A DNA stretch of 64,000 bases from Leptogorgia sarmentosa (lineage: Eukaryota): the NCBI GenBank assembly GCA_964658305.1, contig OZ210884.1, positions 1,054,001 to 1,118,000 on the forward strand. Reading direction: 5' to 3'. The notes under the pieces are model-generated. The model was not told where the DNA came from. It searched no databases and worked only from the letters and a program-made list of their open reading frames with translations. Position numbers and translations under genes: made by a program. This document shows positions 14,501 to 25,356 of the stretch, in pieces (the stretch's first letter is position 1; every line of letters begins with the position of its first letter).

Positions 14501-15227
14501 AGAAACAAAGTACTTGATATTGGTGTCGAGTAGTTGCGTAAAATTAGTATACTCTAATTGTTAATACTCATTGACATGATATTATAGCCTTCAATTTTCT
14601 CAACTTGCCCATTCAACGATTATTTTAAAAGTCGTGTCATGATCGAAAGTGTATACCAAGATTACAAGCTAGCCAAGCAAAATAATTTCCTTTTTTGTCC
14701 GCACATTTACCAAACACTCGCAACTGGAATTAATCGCAGAAGGAAATTTCCCAACTGTTTCTCCAAAAGTCTTTATATGGTAATTCACAAAGAGAGAAAC
14801 AAAAAAATGTCGACAACAGGAAATAACGTTAACGTTGTTTGTTATGCAAGGAAATTGTAATGTAAAATACTTACGAAAAGTGTAAAAGACCAGGCCGTAT
14901 TGCCTGTCAAACCATTCAAGCTAACCTTGGATTTTGCACAACCATTACATGAATGGTCATGATACGTATGGAAGTGTGTACCAAAATTACTACCAATGTA
15001 ATTTCGTTTATTGTGATATGGAAGTGGAAGTGTATACCTGAATTGCTAGCAATGCTATTTCGTTTCTCGTTCACATATTGACGATGATATTGTTTTAAAT
15101 CAAATTTAAGTTTAATGACATATATTCTGCAAGTTAAAAAACTGTCAATAAAAACCCCGGTAAAACCCATATTTATGCTATTATTTCCTGATTTTTAAAA
15201 AATAGGCCGAAAAATATATGAATTATT
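11524..15227. repeat. Tandem triplication of a ~1.37-kb unit; third copy internally deleted
   Basis: Units begin TGAAAAGATCCCATTAGCTGG at 11524, 12896 and 14263; copy 3 jumps from GGAAATTGTA to AAAATACTTACG near 14860. Confidence 0.92.
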
Positions 15228-15269
15228 ATAACAATATCATGGTTGCACTGAGCTGAATGTAGTCTTGCT

Positions 15270-15437
15270 CAGGGCCGTCGGAGGGGAGGGGGGGGTGCAT
15301 ATTCATATTTTGGCGTTCTGCCGACTGATTTCTTTTGAAATCAGTTGTTTATGAATTAATTTCTAAAGAAATCAGTCGGCAGAACGCCAAAATATGAATA
15401 TGCACCCCCCCCAATTAACGTTCTGGCGACGGCCCTG
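15270..15437. mobile_element. Palindromic hAT-type MITE
   Basis: TIRs CAGGGCCGTCG and CGACGGCCCTG, long internal inverted repeat, 8-bp TSD GTCTTGCT. Confidence 0.88.
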
Positions 15438-16666
15438 GTCTTGCTAGGTTAGTAAGGCGCGAGCGAGGGCTTACTGCATGTGTGTATTTAATGTGCCGTA
15501 ACTTGTTTGCTGACACCCTTATCACGGTGATTTAAGGGTAATATTACATTTATTAATATAATATACAATGAAATTATTAATCCATTGCTAACAACAAATC
15601 AATTTATAATTGATGAAAAGTTTTTTTTTGCAGAATCAATCAATGAACGAAACAAAACACAAATTTATATCACATAATAATTTACATATAAAAACTTAAC
15701 ATTTGAATCTCTCGGGCTCAACTTAGATAAAGAATACTTGTACACTTTACCACTTACTTATACGAGTGATCGTGCTGTAGCGAATGAATATAGCCTACCT
15801 GCAAAATCGAGCTAGACAAGGCCAGTTTGTATATCTGAATACCACAGAGACGTGAATAAATGAAGAAAAAACTAAGTAGCCTAATTCATGATAATTAGGG
15901 GTATGCAAAAGGGTATGCAAAAACTTGCAGTGTAATAAAGATTCTTGTTCCCAATTATCATAAAACATGAATTTTGAGTCCCTCGCGATCGTTCAAGGTA
16001 TTTTTGTGGTATATTTTTTAAGAGCAATGAAACCATAATATACACAGTAAACTATTAAGCTTCGATAACATTACAATTATTTTTTTGCTTAAACAATGAA
16101 ATTTTGGGTTAATTGCTAACAAGGAAGCTTGTATTCTCGTTTCAAAATCTTCATGTTAGTTAGATAACTAGATAAGCCAATATCATAAAAATAAGTGTAT
16201 ATTTGGGCAACTATGGTTTGGCCGCAATTTTGGTTCGTCGTCGAAGGTCGTCGCGTAGCCGCATTTAATCTATTCACGGTTCAATTCCAGAGTATAGGTT
16301 TATAGGTTTTTCAAATGCAAGACTTCGCAAAATATTTACAAACTTCATCCTAAAAGAACACGAGCAAACTCGATTTGCTGGAAGTTATTTCATATTTTGA
16401 ATATTAGAAGACTGACTCATAATTAATAAAGCACGGATAACAAATGGTTCTTCAAATTAAAAAAAATACCAATAAAACCAAGATAAAAGCTGATATTTTG
16501 ACTGTTTTCAAAAAAATCATAGGTAGCCCAAATATACATTTATTTTTACGATATTTAACTTAAAAATCATTAAGAACCCCCGCAAATGTATCTTTGAATG
16601 TCGTAGTCTGTCATTTCAGGCGTTGCTTATTGTGCCTGTCATCAACTATGCGCTCACCGACTCTCA

Positions 16667-16731
16667 CGCACGCAGTTCGCACGCAGTTCGCACGCAGTTC
16701 GCACGCAGTTCGCACGCAGTTCGCACGCAGT
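16667..16731. repeat. 11-bp minisatellite (CGCACGCAGTT) x ~6
   Basis: Directly visible. Confidence 0.85.
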
Positions 16732-17498
16732 CATTGCATCTATATATTAAGATTACCCTAAGGTTGCAACTTCATCACAAATAAGCCATCATTTAGAAAT
16801 AAAGAAATACGAATTTCCGATCGTGTTGTCATGACAACAACTTCCGGCCGCTTTAGAGTATTTCATGTTCCAAAAATATAGTTGCATTTTTGGCTAAGTA
16901 AGGCGAGGGGTTGCTGCATGCATAAATGTATTTCTAGTATTGCAGTAAATAAATGAGCATTCACCATAATAATATGATTGTTAGCAAAGTAATATTTCAA
17001 TAACCGTGATAGGTGCTGGTGGTGATAGATGCATTTACAATATATGTCAAAGCAAAGCAAACCACCACCTCAAAAGTCAAAGACGAAGACTTTTTATAAC
17101 ACAAATATGGGGTTAATATGAACTGGGAAACACATCGCAGATTTGTACACAAACATATAAAAGTTTATATACATAATTAATTAGTCATCACTGAGGATCG
17201 CAGCCCGTTATGTAAAACTATAGTTCTGTTCACATGGCATTTCAACTTGTCCCGGGGTGAACTGCCGCGGGTGACTCGAGGGACACTCGCCCTACCGAGA
17301 CAAACTCACCGCATGTGAACGCAACATACTTTCATCCCGGGACAAACTCAAATATTTTCAAAGGTTGTTTTGACGCAGATACAACAGCAAATGAAATTTT
17401 GCTGCAGTAGAGCGGCAACTGGGTCTAAATCAGCTAAAACAGCGCAAAACAAAGCGATATTTGCATTGACTAACATACTTTAATTGCATATTTCTTAA

Positions 17499-17717
17499 GG
17501 CCTGATTCCACGAGCGATATTTCTTGGCGAAATGCGAAAATTTTCGCGCGAAATAATTGCACGCATGCGTCATAAAGGCAAATAAGATTTCTCGAGAAAA
17601 AATTTCGCTTCGCCAGTGAGTAGAAGTCAGTTCTACTCACTGCGAAAGCGAAAAATGTGGGAGAATTCAATAGAATCGTTCATGTCGCGAAAGATTTCGC
17701 CGTCGTGGAATCAGGCC
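17499..17717. mobile_element. MITE, possibly PIF/Harbinger-type
   Basis: TIRs GGCCTGATTCCACGA and TCGTGGAATCAGGCC; TSD imperfect. Confidence 0.6.
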
Positions 17718-18413
17718 TTTAGACTTTCAAATCGCTTCCGCTTAGCGCTAAACTGTACTATACATAACTCTCGCAAATTATTGAATATTCGTCCCGAGAT
17801 ATGTACTGACACAAAAAATCTCACAACTCATTGTCCCGAGCTTATGTGAAGAAGCCCTGATGGGAACCCACGGCAAGTTGTAAGAGTGGGGAAAATAGCA
17901 CGAAAAACAAGCACAAGTCGGATAATTTTAAGGGGTATCTATAAACAAAGAAATGTTTTACAAAAATAGCAACAACGAGCGCTATTATCTAGTCTTGCAA
18001 GTTTTATTTAAAGTTAAAATGATAAATTTTTGCACGGGACATAATCCCACAAAAGCAAATAGTATTTATATTGCTACTTTAACAACAAATCTAAGGACCT
18101 GTTTAAATGATTCCCACTTACATGGATTCAATAGAGCGTAAATTGATTTTGAGCTATTGAAATGAGTCGTAATTTATGATTTGAAGAAATGTTAAACTGC
18201 TGGTTGTTCAAGATTTTGTTCTGCTGAAATATCACAGAGACAAAATGTTTTTGGGCATCGATTTTTGTAAAATATATCTTTTTTGTTGATCAGTACTAGA
18301 AGTGTCCTAACTTTGGTTGTTTCGTTTTATAAACATGACTCATTTAAATTAATACCTCAAGATCATTTGACGCGAATCCCGGTTAAGCGAGATCATATAA
18401 CCATGCAAAATTA

Positions 18414-19175
18414 TCATATGAAAGGTTGTGCAGGCTCATAATGGTTGGCCTGAAGACTAAACTTAACACAATTGACATATTGTTGAGTGACGTGATCATA
18501 GTTATGTGTCGCGCCTTCAGTGAACCAATTTTCACCATACGTTCGGCGCAGATATTCGTCAGCATTGGCAGGACAGTTAAGTTCGATATCCCCGAATAAT
18601 CTCTTTTCCATTTTATCTAAATCTTTGTTCTGATAATATTCTTCCGGCCATAAACTTCTGCCTGACCCGGCAGCAATATGAGATATCATTGCTTTTCTCT
18701 TCATAATAAAAATATCACAAAAGGGGTAACGATGCTGATGGTATTCATTTGGTAATTTGTCGGAATCGGTTCTATGATACACTCGATAACCAAATGTCGG
18801 CACTTCAGTGATTTCGCAGCCATTTTCTGACAACATAAGTTTGAAAGAACCTTTAATCTTGGTTTCATCTTTTTTGTGCACACAAAAATCAAGGTCATCA
18901 TCCCATGGTATCAAACCTCGATGTCGAACACAGCCGAGCAGAGTTCCACCGCTGGCCCAAGAAACAATGCCCAACGCATCAAAACATTTTTGTAGGATTC
19001 GTGCAAGCGCATACAATCGTATAACAACCGTTGTGTTGGTATAGACTAGCTGATTCGTTCTCGACCATTTTGTTTGTTGTTGACCACAGGTCTCCGATGT
19101 TGTTTCGTGTAACCAATTGGGTATCAATTCATCGTTATCATCTTCTGTAACTTCAGCAACAGCGGGTTTTTCCAT
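18414..19175 (-). CDS. LicD/fukutin-family nucleotidyltransferase-fold protein, ~253 aa
   Basis: Signature WASGGTLLGCVRHRGLIPWDDDLDF, plus CDIF and P-x(5)-YL-x(3)-YGENW; AG acceptor just upstream of the ATG of MEKPAV, so an upstream exon is possible. Confidence 0.9.
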   Translation of the reverse strand: MEKPAVAEVTEDDNDELIPNWLHETTSETCGQQQTKWSRTNQLVYTNTTVVIRLYALARILQKCFDALGIVSWASGGTLLGCVRHRGLIPWDDDLDFCVHKKDETKIKGSFKLMLSENGCEITEVPTFGYRVYHRTDSDKLPNEYHQHRYPFCDIFIMKRKAMISHIAAGSGRSLWPEEYYQNKDLDKMEKRLFGDIELNCPANADEYLRRTYGENWFTEGATHNYDHVTQQYVNCVKFSLQANHYEPAQPFI

Positions 19176-21214
19176 CAGCCTAAAATCATCCAACATAAAA
19201 ATCAAGAAAAAAATTTGATTGATACAAATTCATGTACAATAAATTGACGACAAAACCCATTGTTGTTGTTTGTCATGCTTTTCATAATTTTACAACAAAT
19301 CGTATAGGAAACTGTTATCATTATTAAAGTGCTAAGTTGGCCATTCATGTGAATACAGAAGAATTCAACAATATTTTAATCAACAATAGTAAATAATATT
19401 TTTGATCCTGAACTGAGTGTAACAATGTTGGACAGTATTGTCGACAACTACATATGAACAATGCAGGCAGCCAAATATTTTAGTATTAGGCAATGATTGT
19501 AATAGAGCTATAATTTCTTTCCACTAAGAGAAAAAATTAAAAATTCTTGTTCTTGAAATATAGGGATATCACAGGACATGGTGTACAAATCAAAGTAGAC
19601 ATAAAAATTAGGCCATTGGGTAAAAATGCAATAAATATAAAGTTAACATATTCACCATGATATCACTAATGTTAGTTTTCTCTAAAGCTATGGTCTTCCT
19701 ATGGCTAGGTAGATTACCACCCTCTGGTACATCTAGCACTGAGTTTATTTAAAAATATATCTTTTTTGGAAATTTGTTGTTGGAAGAAAATGGCTTGCAC
19801 ACAAAAACTAACCTTTTTTAACGGCATTTGATATAATCGAGTCAAAATATGGAGATGACATGTTGTACAAGTTATTGAAGTTTTGTGAAATTTGGTGCCC
19901 GCAGAGTCAACAGAAATATGTCCGAAAACTGGATTTTGCGTTCTTTCCTGCGTGATTACCGATTAATTTATGCATAATTGTTGGATATTTGCATTAATTA
20001 CCAATGCAAATTGCAAGCTAATTCCCAAACTTAACATCGCACGTTCGTCTCAGCGTGCACCAAATTCCTCAAAACTTGAATAGCTTGTATATCATGCTCC
20101 ATATTTTCGTCAGATTAAACAATTTGTGTGAAGAAAACTTATTTTTTGCGCGCAAGCCGTTTTTAATGGAACCACATGTCCCATTCTAAAAAAGTTTGTT
20201 TTTAAAATAAAGTTAGTGCTAGATATACCAGAGGGTGTTAACCCTTTGCTGCATAAATTAATTTTTGAAATATTTCGATTCCTCAGATTATCCCAAAAGA
20301 TAATTAACTGTGTCTTTGATATTTACCACAAAGACATTAAGTTATATATTAAAACAAAGCTTGAATACCATAGATTGTAAATGTGGAATTTATTTGCACA
20401 CATAATAGTTTCCGTAGCAACAGGGCACACTAATTGCCTTGGCAACAGTAATCGGTATGCAAGAGGTTAAGATTCTTTGCCCAATAAACTCAACATACCT
20501 CACCCCAGAAATTATTTTGTCCACTGTGATAAGTACATGCATTATTGGGCTATCTATTTGTATATAGCTTTATCACATAAGAATTTTGCTATGTCGGAAC
20601 TGATTGATATATATGCTGCCCATTGTTATGCAACAGCAGCCAAATATAGTTTGGTTGACATATTCATGTACTTTGAAGCTCCATTTCTCCCTTTACCAAT
20701 TTCCATTTTGGGTTGAAATATCTTAGGGTATACTCTAGATGCACTTTCTCTTGTATAAGATCCAATATTTACATTTTCTAAGCCATTTTCCCATTCATCA
20801 GGTAACTGGAAATTTCCTCATCAATTTACTTGACACTTTATTGTTCAAAACAGCTAGATCAACATCCAATATGTTGCTCGGGGTACTCCAATAAAATATG
20901 TCAGCCTCCCCCATCCAACAAGATGTCAAAATTTAGATATAAATAACGAAATATTTCACGCAATATATGATTATTCCTGCAATACATCCATTGTTTACTC
21001 ACGTTTCAGCCATAATTTAAAGGGACAAGTCCTCATTCTTTCATAAAAGTCGTTTCAAAAGGCATAAATACGAAAATTTTGTATCAAAATGATCGCCATT
21101 ACAATGCGAAAACGATAATATAACATGAAGTATACTACGGCTAGCCACAGAAGCTTCAGCGTGTCAAAATGACCAGAGGCTCAAGGCGTCCGATATATCG
21201 GACGCTGTGCGTTA

Positions 21215-22230
21215 ATTAAGAAATAGATAACGAGTCGCGTGCCATTATTTAAGAAATAGATAACGAGTCGCATGCCATTATGCTGTTATAATGCACGAGG
21301 GAAATGTTGGGAGAATACGAGAGAATCGCGTAAAACACGAGGCGTAGCCGAGTGTTTTACGCGATTCTCGAGTATTCTCACAACATTGCTCGAGTGAATT
21401 ATAACAGCATAATGGCACGCGACGAGTTTTTCTATTTCTTTTATAATATAAGAGAATATTAGCGCAACAAATAACTTCGTTAGGAAGATCAAAATTACAA
21501 TTCTCTTTACATGTAATCAAGCGTGTTCTCAAATGTTGCCAAGCAGCAACACAGCTTTATTCCTTTAGCTGAGCGAAAGCAAACAATTCAAGCGTTTTTT
21601 ATGGATGTATTTTTAGTATATATGTATTTTTATTGTCTTTTTGTCAAACCAAAGAGTCGCGGGAGAAATTTAATAGCTAGATGCGTGCATTACGCTGTTA
21701 TAATGCACGCTCATTAGCCAATCACGTTGCAGATTTTACCCTACTTATATTATAAGCTGTTATAATGCACGAGGGAAATGTTGGGAGAATACGAGAGAAT
21801 CGCGTAAAACACGAGGCGTAGCCGAGTGTTTTACGCGATTCTCGAGTATTCTCACAACATTGCCCGAGTGCAATTATAACAGCATAATGGCACGCGACGA
21901 GTTTTTCTATTTCTTTTATAATATAAGAGAATATTAGCGCAACAAATAACTTCGTTAGGAAGATCAAAATTACAATTCTCTTTACATGTAATCAAGCGTG
22001 TTCTCAAATGTTGCCAAGCAGCAACACAGCTTTATTCCTTTAGCTGAGCGAAAGCAAACAATTCAAGCGTTTTTTATGGATGTATTTTTAGTATATATGT
22101 ATTTTTATTGTCTTTTTGTCAAACCAAAGAGTCGCGGGAGAAATTTAATAGCTAGATGCGTGCATTACGCTGTTATAATGCACGCTCATTAGCCAATCAC
22201 GTTGCAGATTTTACCCTACTTATATTATAA
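21215..22230. repeat. Head-to-tail dimer (475-bp period) of a palindrome-containing small element
   Basis: Identical ORF text at 21523 and 21998; each unit has a ~170-bp hairpin plus a module bounded by TTATAATATAAG...CTTATATTATAA with CCAATCA. Confidence 0.85.
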
Positions 22231-23669
22231 AGGGTTATTAAACTACCCATGCTAACCGAACGTTTTTGAACGTTTTGAGTGCTCGTAATAAATAGAGAAT
22301 GTTTTTCATCAGTAAACGTTTTTTTGATACACCCTGTAGTAACCATACTATACTAACTAGATCGAATAAAAATACAAAATTCAAGAACAATGTATCAAAT
22401 TTTTTATACGATTGGCATGTCTTGTACGTATACCCTGAAAGTCCAGAAACCGTTCATCCAATAATTCCCCTTCATGCATGATGACAATATATTGAATATA
22501 CCAAGGAGTTTACTGCATTTTAATTCCCCAATGACCCCGTTTTCATGCGGTGATTTGTTCATGGTTTTTGTGTGCTACAATTTCTACAATAGAGCTACAA
22601 TTTCTTTCCACTAAGTGAAAAAATTAAAAATTCTTGTTAGGATGATTAATGTACATGTTCCACAAACTGTTTGTGTATTAAATATAGCTAACTTGTTCTA
22701 AATAACTCCCTAATGAAACCAAAATTCAGCATGCCTGAAACGTTTTGATTTAAACTCTCGGCCGTCACCTTGTTCTGTACATCTGACAAAGCACTCTGTT
22801 CATGGAGGTTTTAAATCGTACATACGTACATAACTAATATTACAAATTGCATTTTTTTAGTAAAGCATGCATTTCTATAGTAAAGCATCCATTTCTCCTT
22901 ACAAATTGACTACAATTTGCCATATTAGCATATATAGGACATCCGCAGTACAACGACTTTGTTGTACCTCGAGCTCGAGCCGCTTCGTTAGAGCTTCACT
23001 GATGAAACATTTTGTACTGACATGCCGACGACTGAATCACAGGCAGGCCGCATATTCTCGATTCTCCACAGCGCATTTCTGGTTAGGTTTGAAAATTGCA
23101 TGTACTGTATGATACCTCTTTTGCTCGTCATGATCATTTCATCAAGCAAAATATACGGTGTCTATATATATATATTTGGCCGGGTTCGTGCAGTTCCGAG
23201 CATACCGTGAGAGCACAACGTAAAATCGTGCAAATTTTACATCACACGAACCTATTCTTCCAGGTAGCATATCAAAATAATTGTTAAATGAACACGAATT
23301 CGAACTGTTCTCTGTCGCATTTAGGGACAGTTTATTAGTTGTATGCGTACCTTTGTGGGTCGCCATTATAGTGAAGCAAAGGAGTAGTTGGCAAAAATAA
23401 AATTGCAGCTCAATAGCGAAACAAATTTCCACCATTCACTCTACCGCGATAACATCAGCTAAAGATGATGATTCATGTTAATGCCTCACACCTTTTCAAC
23501 TGAGGCTTTTCACAATGACGATATCATATGATTTGTTAGTGGTAATGACTTTAAGTTTTGCCCACGCAAGTGGTCGCCTGCTTGATTAGTTCACACGCCT
23601 TTGTTGCGCCTGGTTTATACATCGTGCTATGAGATCGTTGCATGAGCACGCTGTATGAATCAAATTATA

Positions 23670-23905
23670 CAGGGTGTCGCAAAAAAAGTGACCTCTATAG
23701 AAATCACTCTTTTGTTGTTAATCTCGGGTTATTGCACCTCTGGAAATTTAAATTAGCTTCTGACGAACAGCAACAAAAACACGTGCTGTTATAAATACTT
23801 CTGTCGTTCATGAGCCATTCAATTATATTCGCGAAGGCATATAGGAACGCACGTTTGACAACAAAAGAGCTGATTTCTATAGATGTCACTTTTTGGGACA
23901 CCCTG
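23670..23905. mobile_element. Tc1/mariner-type MITE
   Basis: TA-flanked TIRs CAGGGTGTC...GACACCCTG, extended by ~40 bp of inverted match. Confidence 0.85.
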
Positions 23906-23907
23906 TA

Positions 23908-24493
23908 CAGGGTGTCTCAAAAAAAAGGTAATCGAACTTTGGCATGCCATTGTGCGTTAATTACTGGGTGTACGAACGTGATTTTTGCATGGTCATAAAG
24001 ATCAAGGTCTTAGCAGTTGAATGACATATTTCTTGTACGATATGGAAGAAAATCAGGCAAATGCGAGCGTGTTGAAAAATCTCGGTGAAAAACGCATTCT
24101 TTCACCTCTGCGCCTAATTAAAGCAGTGCATAACAAAAGAAAAATGCAATTCATCACGAATGTGTCATGGTAACAAAGATTTTATCAGGATTATTAATAA
24201 TTATGCATAATCGGGTCGATTGTTGAAGGGAAGGTCGTCATCTTCGAGTCCCAGAGGGAGTTAATTTTGAATAAGTTTAGCTGCAATTCTCAGAGGTGAA
24301 AGAATGCGTTTTTCACCGAGATTTTTCAACACGCTCGCATTTGCCTGATTTTCTTCCATATCGTACAAGAAATATGTCATTTAACTGCTAAGACCTTGAT
24401 CTTTATGACCATGCAAAAATCACGTTCGTACACCCAGTAATTAACGCACAATGGCATGCCAAAGTTGGATTACCTTTTTTTTGAGACACCCTG
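23908..24493. mobile_element. Tc1/mariner-type foldback MITE (family copy 1)
   Basis: TA-flanked CAGGGTGTCTCAAAAAAAAGGTAATC with ~200-bp TIRs; near-identical copy at 59284-59866. Confidence 0.92.
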
Positions 24494-24509
24494 TATAATA
24501 CCTAAATAA

Positions 24510-24702
24510 AACTGGAAGGCTACTTCCGGCCGGAAATTTGAAGCCAAAATATGCAATATCGGCCCCAATCTTCTCACGCAATGTAAACACGGCCAAAAAA
24601 ATCATTCTTTGTTTTCCGAACAAGCGAGAATGTCACGCAGCTGAACTCGATTTTTGGCTTCAATTTTTGCTCTGTCGTTAATATTAAGGTAGCCCTCCAG
24701 TT
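24510..24702. mobile_element. Small MITE abutting the left end of the helicase/YR element
   Basis: AACTGGAAGGCTAC...GAAGCCAAAA versus TTTTGGCTTC...GTAGCCCTCCAGTT. Confidence 0.6.
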
Positions 24703-24889
24703 ATATATAGTTCAACGATAATACCTCATTACATTCAGGTTGTTTGATTGGTGAATTATGGTCACGTGATATTGAATAGGAAGTTCCATTTCCCAAGAGT
24801 GCAATAGTACGAATACTACTGCACTCTGTTTTTTCAGTAACTCCCATCCTTCAAAACGCTCTTCGGACAGTGATCGCAGTAATATAAAA

Positions 24890-25132
24890 TGTGGTTAGAA
24901 ATCGTGGTTATAAAACGTGGTTATAAACCGTGGTTATAAAACGTCGTTATAAACCGTGGTTATAGAACGTGGTTATAAATCGTGGTTATAAAACGTGGTT
25001 ATAATTCGTGGTTATAGCCAAGTGGTTATAAACCGTGGTTATAGAACGTGGTTATAAACAGTGGTTATAAAACGTGGTTATAAACCGTTGTTGTAAACCG
25101 TGGTTATAAAACGTGGTTGTAAACCGTGGTTA
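24890..25132 (+). repeat. 13-bp tandem array (AAAACGTGGTTAT) x ~19
   Basis: Directly visible, with CGTGGTT core. Confidence 0.95.
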
Positions 25133-25356
25133 AGACCCAAGTACTAAATGTTGTTCCTTTTCTGTTCAAATGCAAATTTCGTACATGAAAACGCTTAAAA
25201 AGCGAACGCGATTTACACTTTGCCCATAAACATTGCACCGTTCGCCGAGTGTTCAGAAAAGTTATTAGGGAAGAAAAGAAAAGGAAAGTAAAGAAAAGGA
25301 AAGCAAGGAAAGGACAGTGAAGAAAAGGGAAGGAAAGTGAAGAAAAGTGAACAGAA

